64,000 bases of DNA, taken from Leptolyngbyaceae cyanobacterium (GTDB lineage Bacteria > Cyanobacteriota > Cyanobacteriia > Phormidesmidales > Phormidesmidaceae). Made by a program: the position numbers and the translations under genes. The stretch lies in NCBI GenBank assembly GCA_965263355.1, contig CBDHHL010000032.1:864001-928000 (forward strand), in the 5' to 3' direction. Shown here piece by piece: positions 57,785 through 64,000 of the stretch (position 1 is the first letter of the stretch; every line of letters begins with the position of its first letter). The notes below the pieces were generated by a model, which saw nothing but the letters and a program-made list of their open reading frames with translations, was not told the origin of the DNA and did not search any database.

Positions 57785-59149
57785 ATGAAGCATTTACCAG
57801 AAAATACTAGCCGTCGATTGACGATTTTATACGTTTCGTCATTGGGTGCGATCGCAACCCTGGCCATTATGGGTCAAATCCGTGTGCAACGGTTACTTAA
57901 CGAACAAAAGCTAGATATTCAGGTGATTACGGCAGCCCAACGGCAGCAATTAGTCAGCCAGCAATTAGTTAAATCCACCCTGGCCATGAGACTACCTACG
58001 GCGGATGACGTCAGGCAGGAGCAGGCCACACACTTACAAGAGGTTATTCAAAGCGCAGAATCTTGGCAACAGACGCTAATCAATTTGCAAACAGCAACGC
58101 ACCTATCGGAGCAACAGCAACAACAGGTACAGGCTATGACAATCGGCCTTCCGAAGGAATATGAGGTATTGATTGAAACGGCCAAGGAAGAACTCGCAAG
58201 TGCGTCCACTGAGAACACAAGCAACAAGATTCAAAGACCAAGGCAGGAAGTATATGATGTAGCTCAACTACTCAGAACAGAAAAAGCATTTATCAACGAT
58301 ATGGATCAATTGATCCTGGCCTACAACCAACAGGTTGACCTTGAGGCCAATCGTCTGAAGCGCCTTGAACATGGTCTTTTCTTAGTGACAATTACCGTGC
58401 TGATTTTAGAAGGTTGTTTCATCTTTCGTCCGGCCACGCAAAAGATTCGCCACACACTGAAAAGTTTAAAGCAATCCTTACAAGAGACCCAAGAAACAGC
58501 CGCTCATTTAGCCATAGAACAACAAAAATCAGAGAACCTGTTGCTCAATATTTTGCCCCAACCCATCGCTCAGCGGCTCAAAAAAGAGCCCCAGGCCATT
58601 GCCGATGGCTTTTCCAACGTCACCGTTTTATTTGCCGACATTGTTGGTTTTACCCAGCTATCTACCCAGATCTCTCCAGAAGAGTTAGTATCTCTGTTGA
58701 ACAGTATTTTCTCTGCCTTTGATGAACTGGTGGAAAACCATGGACTAGAAAAAATCAAAACTATCGGTGATGCCTATATGGCCGTCGGTGGCTTACCAGA
58801 ACCTCGTGCTGATCATGCCCAAGCTGTAATCAGGTTTGCCCTCAATATGCAAACCGTCATTGACAAGTTTAATTGGGAAACCGGTCACAATTTAAGTATT
58901 CGGATTGGTATTAATTCGGGACCTGTAGTAGCTGGAGTGATTGGTATTAAGAAGTTTATTTATGATCTATGGGGCGATACGGTGAATACAGCCAGCCGCA
59001 TGGAATCCCATGGAGCACCAGGAACGATTCAAATCACAGAAAGTACGTTTCAGCTGATCCAACATCAGTTTCACATTGAGCCGATTGGCCAGATTGCTAT
59101 CAAGGGGAAAGGGCATATGATGACCTATCGAGTCATTGAGGCGGTTTAG
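57785..59149 (+). CDS. Class III adenylate cyclase with a two-TM PilJ/NarX-like sensor region
   Basis: LFADIVGFT, KTIGDAYM and YDLWGDTVNTASRMES; the Lys/Asp pair indicates ATP specificity. Confidence 0.92.
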   Translation: MKHLPENTSRRLTILYVSSLGAIATLAIMGQIRVQRLLNEQKLDIQVITAAQRQQLVSQQLVKSTLAMRLPTADDVRQEQATHLQEVIQSAESWQQTLINLQTATHLSEQQQQQVQAMTIGLPKEYEVLIETAKEELASASTENTSNKIQRPRQEVYDVAQLLRTEKAFINDMDQLILAYNQQVDLEANRLKRLEHGLFLVTITVLILEGCFIFRPATQKIRHTLKSLKQSLQETQETAAHLAIEQQKSENLLLNILPQPIAQRLKKEPQAIADGFSNVTVLFADIVGFTQLSTQISPEELVSLLNSIFSAFDELVENHGLEKIKTIGDAYMAVGGLPEPRADHAQAVIRFALNMQTVIDKFNWETGHNLSIRIGINSGPVVAGVIGIKKFIYDLWGDTVNTASRMESHGAPGTIQITESTFQLIQHQFHIEPIGQIAIKGKGHMMTYRVIEAV

Positions 59150-59276
59150 ATTTTTTATAATGTCAACTACGATCTTTGCGAAGGTAACAACTCACTGAAG
59201 GGGATATTACGAGGATTACGGTTGCCCACTTTGCTAATATGCTAGCACTAATCACTATGCAGCCATTGGCTCTGCA

Positions 59277-60329
59277 TTAGCTCTGCATTGGCAGTGTAAT
59301 TGTAAACACTGTCCCATGTTCATCTGTGTTACAGAAGAGCTTGCCACGATGTTTCTCGACAATAATCTGATAGCTAATTGATAGTCCTAATCCTGTTCCT
59401 TTACCTACTGGCTTAGTGGTAAAAAACGGATCAAACAATTTCGGAGTGATATCTGCCGGGATGCCTGGCCCATTGTTACCAATGCGAATTACAATATTGG
59501 CGGCATCAACCATTGTTTCAATTGTAATTTGGGGATCTTGTAATTTCTGAGTTAAGCTAACCTCTTGCCATCCTTCAACGCCCATAGCAGCCTCTAGGGC
59601 ATCGATCGCATTTGAAAGAATATTCATAAATACCTGATTAAGCTTACCTGGATAACAGTGTACCCTAGGTAAATGGCCGTAGTGTTTTACTAGAGCAATA
59701 CCGCCATGGTAGTTGCTTGGTTTCAGACGGTGGCCGAGAATACTCAGGGTGCTGTCTAACCCCATATGGAGATCGGCCTCCTTGTGTTCAGCTTCATCTA
59801 AGCGAGAAAAGGAACGAAGTGCTCCTGTGATGTTATAAATGCGTTCTGCCCCTTTGTACATAGACTGGAGCAGAGCGTTATAGTCTTCTTTTAGAAAATC
59901 TAGTTCAATCTCTGTAATGAGGTTTTGAATCGACTCAGGCGGGTTGGGATATTCTTGTTGGTAGGCGTACACTAACTTGAGCAAATCCCGGGCATAATTT
60001 TGAGCATAGGTGAGATTACCATAGATAAAGCTCACCGGATTGTTAATTTCATGAGCAATACCCGCCACCAAGATCCCCAAGGCTGACATTTTTTCGGATT
60101 CAACCAGTTGGGTTTGTGTCGCTTGCAGCTCTGTGAGTAAGTTTTCCAAGGCCTGACCACGGTCTTCTAGTTCTTGCTTAGAAGATTGCAATTCTTCAAT
60201 GACTCGTTTCAGGAGAGATTCTGTGCGGGCATTATTAGTTTCTAACAGACGCCGGTCAGCTTGGGAGCGATTCAGTTTTTTTTGGAGCAATCGTACCTTT
60301 CTTTCTAAAGCATTAATCTGATCCTGCAT
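59277..60329 (-). CDS. Cytoplasmic sensor histidine kinase (coiled coil, HisKA, HATPase)
   Basis: GIAHEINNP, NQVFMNILSNA and DPFFTTKPVGKGTGLGL. Confidence 0.95.
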   Translation of the reverse strand: MQDQINALERKVRLLQKKLNRSQADRRLLETNNARTESLLKRVIEELQSSKQELEDRGQALENLLTELQATQTQLVESEKMSALGILVAGIAHEINNPVSFIYGNLTYAQNYARDLLKLVYAYQQEYPNPPESIQNLITEIELDFLKEDYNALLQSMYKGAERIYNITGALRSFSRLDEAEHKEADLHMGLDSTLSILGHRLKPSNYHGGIALVKHYGHLPRVHCYPGKLNQVFMNILSNAIDALEAAMGVEGWQEVSLTQKLQDPQITIETMVDAANIVIRIGNNGPGIPADITPKLFDPFFTTKPVGKGTGLGLSISYQIIVEKHRGKLFCNTDEHGTVFTITLPMQS

Positions 60330-60345
60330 CGCATTTACATGGTCC

Positions 60346-61497
60346 TTAATTGCTACCTAACAGCAACATTACAAACGCTTCGTGATTAAGACAACCCTTA
60401 TCCTGAAAAGTAACGGGTGCAATTTCACCGTAGGAATATAATCCAGCCAGAGGTAGATCAGGAGGCAACAACCGTTGAGCAATCTGAGTTTCTTCCTCGG
60501 TGCGAGTGCCAAGTAAATAGCGACGGGTACAGCAGGTGAACATTAGCGCTGCTGCGGGTCGTTCTCCGGGATAATGCTCAAGCGCTTGACGAGTTGCCGT
60601 TTCACAGGCATTAAGGATATCAGCCTGGCTGGCATGAGCAATTTGAGCATCGACCTGGGCCGGGATATCTACCAGGAAATGAATCTGACCAGTGGTGAGA
60701 TCACACCCCACCGGAGCCCGCAAATAAAAGTTATCACTCTCTTTCTCAAAAATAGCCAGAGGGTATTCTGGAGAAGGGGTCAGGCCACTCAAGTAGTAAT
60801 CATAGAGTTCCAAAGCGGGCTTCTCATTGATGGTATCTACGCTGTTTTTACCCACAGTGCTGATAGTGCCTCGTTGGGAGATAGGGGTCCAACCATGGGC
60901 CATGCCGTAGGAAAATTGGAGGGGCCCAAAAAATAAGAGGATCGGAATGCTATCAGTAATTACCTGCTGGTTAAAAAACTGATGGGTCTGTTGAAATCGG
61001 GCCTGGTCTCCAGCAAGCCCACCAAAGAGAGGGAACTGTTTCCCTAATACAACTTGCAGACTCTCTATGATGGATACACTATTAAGGTGTAAGCTTTCAG
61101 CAATGGTGAGCCCCAGTACTGGCATCTCTGTTTGCCCCTGCTGCGCCTGCGTCACTGCCTGCTGAGCTGCCTTGAGTGGATCTTGAGAGGCAAATTGCCC
61201 CAACCCTGCCTGAATTGTAATGGTATCAGAGACAAACAGCATCAGGACCACCGAGTCTTGTTGAAAACCTGCCTGGGAAGACACTTCCCCGTCAGTGGTA
61301 CCACCAATCAGCTGTAGTTCGGGATATGTTTTGTAAATGTCTGACAGCATAGCTCCGTAGTTGAAGTCTATTGCACTGAGTAAAATTCCGGCTTGGGGCT
61401 GCTGTCCTGCCAAGACGGTTTGACATTGTGCTAAGACATCTGCGATCGCATAATCGGCATCGGCTTCATCACTATGACCCACGACCACCCTCAACAT
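60346..61497 (-). CDS. FIST-domain sensory protein
   Basis: LIGGTTDGE, GGLAGD, HGWTP, TCCTRR and GLYSYGEI. Confidence 0.9.
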   Translation of the reverse strand: MLRVVVGHSDEADADYAIADVLAQCQTVLAGQQPQAGILLSAIDFNYGAMLSDIYKTYPELQLIGGTTDGEVSSQAGFQQDSVVLMLFVSDTITIQAGLGQFASQDPLKAAQQAVTQAQQGQTEMPVLGLTIAESLHLNSVSIIESLQVVLGKQFPLFGGLAGDQARFQQTHQFFNQQVITDSIPILLFFGPLQFSYGMAHGWTPISQRGTISTVGKNSVDTINEKPALELYDYYLSGLTPSPEYPLAIFEKESDNFYLRAPVGCDLTTGQIHFLVDIPAQVDAQIAHASQADILNACETATRQALEHYPGERPAAALMFTCCTRRYLLGTRTEEETQIAQRLLPPDLPLAGLYSYGEIAPVTFQDKGCLNHEAFVMLLLGSN

Positions 61498-61866
61498 ACA
61501 TGCTCCTCCGCTTTAATCAGCATTACTCAAGATGCAGGCCCCAGAGGTTGTTTGCTAAGCAACCGGCCCTATTCAAGGTTAAGACGAAATAACTATAGGG
61601 TTCCCAGGCTGAGTATAATCTCACAATCTGTACTGAGCGACACACACTGAAGCTTTAACTTTGTTTTGCAAGCGTAAGAGCTTGTCAAATTTCACCCAAA
61701 CACATTGGCACAGAAAGGTTCACAGCTGTCATCATCCCTTAAATTAGCAACGACACAAGGTCAATACTATACAAAAGCATACTTCCTATCAAAAATGTGC
61801 GTACTTACATAGAACGTCTATATAACTTATTCTCGTAATGTGTCGGTAGCAACTAGGTAAACAGAC

Positions 61867-62157
61867 ATGAGTAAGCAATTGACAATCGTAGCGAAAATAG
61901 AGGCTAACGCTGACAAAGTCGAATTTGTTAAAGCTGAGCTACTCAAGCTAATTCCCATAACGTTAGAAGAAGCTGGTTGTATTCAGTATGATTTACATCA
62001 GGACAATGACAATCCAGCGGTCTTTGTGTTCTATGAAAATTGGGAAAGCCGTGAGCTTTGGCAACAACACATGAACAACACTCACCTGGCAGAGTATATG
62101 AAAGCAACAGAAGGGGCAGTTGCGTCGTTTACATTGAATGAAATGACTAAATTCTAA
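61867..62157 (+). CDS. ABM-family putative quinol monooxygenase
   Basis: EEAGCIQYDLHQD..NPAVFVFYENW...H. Confidence 0.9.
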   Translation: MSKQLTIVAKIEANADKVEFVKAELLKLIPITLEEAGCIQYDLHQDNDNPAVFVFYENWESRELWQQHMNNTHLAEYMKATEGAVASFTLNEMTKF

Positions 62158-62383
62158 AAATCCCCATTCAGATCTTGCACCTGGCGAAGAAACGCCAGCC
62201 AACCCTGACATTAAAGTCACAAGGTTAACTGCATCAACACCCGCTAAAGGGGTTAGGAGATCGACAAAAGCCATATATAAAAGACTTTACAGCTGATTTT
62301 GTTACTTTAGCGACAGCTCTCAATTAGTGCTCGGTATTGAACCGGGCGTAGGCCCAAGCCTCATGACCAACAGGAAACCCACT

Positions 62384-63397
62384 ATGAAAGCTATTGGTTA
62401 CAAAGCACCCGGTCCAATTGATCGTGAAGATGCCCTGCAGGACATCACCCTTGAAACGCCTAAAGCCGAAGGCCGCGATCTACTCATCAAGGTTAACGCC
62501 GTATCAGTCAACCCCGTGGACACAAAATTACGTCTCAGTGTGACACCAGAAGGCGGGAATTGGCGGATCCTTGGATTTGATGCTGCTGGCGTTGTCGAGT
62601 CCGTTGGACCTGATGTTCAGATATTCAAACCAGGTGATGCGGTTTTCTACGCTGGTTCTATTGTACGCCCTGGCACTAACAGCGAATATCACTTGGTCGA
62701 TGAACGCATCGTGGGCTGCAAACCTGCCAGTCTAAATGACGCAGAAGCTGCTGCATTGCCGCTCACAGCGATCACTGCTTGGGAAATGCTGTTTGATCGG
62801 CTGGATGTAAAACGTCCGACACCACAGGGAGGAAATATTTTTCTGATCGTTGGTGGTGCGGGGGGCGTTGGCTCGATCGCTATTCAATTACTGCGGGCAT
62901 TGACTGATCTCACAGTAATCGCTACTGCTTCGCGGCCTGAGACGCAAGAGTGGGTACGCGAATGCGGTGCCCATCACATCATCAACCACCGCCAACCTAT
63001 GGCACCCCAAATTGAGGATTTGGCTCTTGGTGCTCCTGGTTTTGTGTTCTCCACAAATCACTCCGATTCACATTTTGCTGATATTGTCGAATTGATTGCC
63101 CCCCAGGGTCGCTTTGGTCTGATCGATGATCCCGAAGTGCTCAACGCCACAGCTCTCAAAACCAAAGCCCTGTCCCTACATTGGGAATTGATGTTCACTC
63201 GCTCGTTGTTTGGCACACCGGATATGGCAAAACAGGGCCAACTGTTAAACGAAGTAGCCAAACTGGTGGATGAAGGGCACCTCCGCTCTACCATCACTGA
63301 AGTCGCGGGCACAATTGATGCGGCAACTCTGCGAGCAGCCCATGCTCAGATCGAAAGCGGCTCAGCACGCGGCAAAATTGTGCTTGAAGGATTCTGA
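62384..63397 (+). CDS. Zinc-binding alcohol dehydrogenase family / quinone oxidoreductase
   Basis: AVSVNPVDTK, ALPLTAITAWE, GGAGGVG, HWELMFTR and GKIVLEGF; likely start MKAIGY at 62384. Confidence 0.92.
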   Translation: MKAIGYKAPGPIDREDALQDITLETPKAEGRDLLIKVNAVSVNPVDTKLRLSVTPEGGNWRILGFDAAGVVESVGPDVQIFKPGDAVFYAGSIVRPGTNSEYHLVDERIVGCKPASLNDAEAAALPLTAITAWEMLFDRLDVKRPTPQGGNIFLIVGGAGGVGSIAIQLLRALTDLTVIATASRPETQEWVRECGAHHIINHRQPMAPQIEDLALGAPGFVFSTNHSDSHFADIVELIAPQGRFGLIDDPEVLNATALKTKALSLHWELMFTRSLFGTPDMAKQGQLLNEVAKLVDEGHLRSTITEVAGTIDAATLRAAHAQIESGSARGKIVLEGF

Positions 63398-63407
63398 AAA
63401 AAGTAGG

Positions 63408-63998
63408 TTATAGCGTCAATGACGCCACATTCGATAATTGCCAATGATTTTGATTTTTTTCCACCACGATGGGCTGGACTACAAATTGAGGTGGACTACC
63501 CGCTTTAACATTGATCCGTAAACAAGAAAAAGGACGCCGTTTCTCAGCTCCTCGTCCCTCACGCCCAATAAACAAATGTGACGTAGCCACTTGTTGAGGT
63601 TTACCATTAATCACCTCAAGGATAGTTGGCCCATTCTCACGCTGTCGCCGGAGACTATAACCACTGCCGCCACACACTAGACAAGGAATATTCCCATCGG
63701 CCAACCCACTATCAGTCGTACGCAGATATTCTAAACAATGGGCATGGCCATTAATGATCAAGTCCACCAAGGATCTCCCATGGGTCACCTCACCCAGTTC
63801 TGCTTTCACTTCGGCCAATACCTGACGCAGGTTTTGACGCACAGCCAGGGTTTGGGCCTGGGGCCATTTTGTTGCTTCAGTCACATAGGGAGGATGATGG
63901 AAATACAAGATTCTCCCCCGTGATGTGGAATCTTGCCAAGAGGCAATTAACCGATCTCGCAGCCAGTGAAGTTGTTCTATATCATTGTTGTTATGAAA
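63408..63998 (-). CDS. C-terminal part of a calcineurin-like metallophosphoesterase (extends beyond the window)
   Basis: The frame is open to the window end (...EQLHWLRDRL...ILYFHHPPY...NGHAHCLE...VCGGSG). Confidence 0.85.
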   Translation of the reverse strand, partial: FHNNNDIEQLHWLRDRLIASWQDSTSRGRILYFHHPPYVTEATKWPQAQTLAVRQNLRQVLAEVKAELGEVTHGRSLVDLIINGHAHCLEYLRTTDSGLADGNIPCLVCGGSGYSLRRQRENGPTILEVINGKPQQVATSHLFIGREGRGAEKRRPFSCLRINVKAGSPPQFVVQPIVVEKNQNHWQLSNVASLTL

Positions 63999-64000
63999 TA

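Overview
This is a 64-kb chromosomal window from a cyanobacterium, judged by frequent HIP1 octamers (GCGATCGC), STRR/REP-like repeats and cyanobacterial ccsA, pgi and DUF1997 genes. No rRNA, tRNA, CRISPR array, transposase or integrase was seen. From left to right it holds: (1) an alginate-like module (Alg44-like adaptor without PilZ, Alg8-like synthase fused to a short beta-helix, and a convergent PL14 lyase lipoprotein) between a cruE-like carotenoid gene and a Rieske oxygenase that may be cruH; (2) a conflict-like patch with two tandem PD-(D/E)XK/HsdR_N-like genes, a vapBC pair split by a REP-like insert, and a STAND NTPase-TPR gene whose near-identical 102-bp repeats vary almost only at non-synonymous sites on the predicted TPR binding face; (3) a small gene behind a structured leader with a probable antisense RNA, in a symE/SymR-like layout; (4) housekeeping genes (hisN-like, pyrC, pgi, ccsA, folP with an N-terminal extension); (5) a ~21-kb Wzx/Wzy exopolysaccharide region with a GT71-like mannosyltransferase, GH9, a CE4 deacetylase and a LysA-like decarboxylase/ATP-grasp pair; (6) an RTX protein with 456-bp repeats, an adenylate cyclase and a FIST-histidine kinase operon. 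Several MITE-like elements lie in intergenic spaces. All family assignments come from motif recognition by eye; no searches were run.
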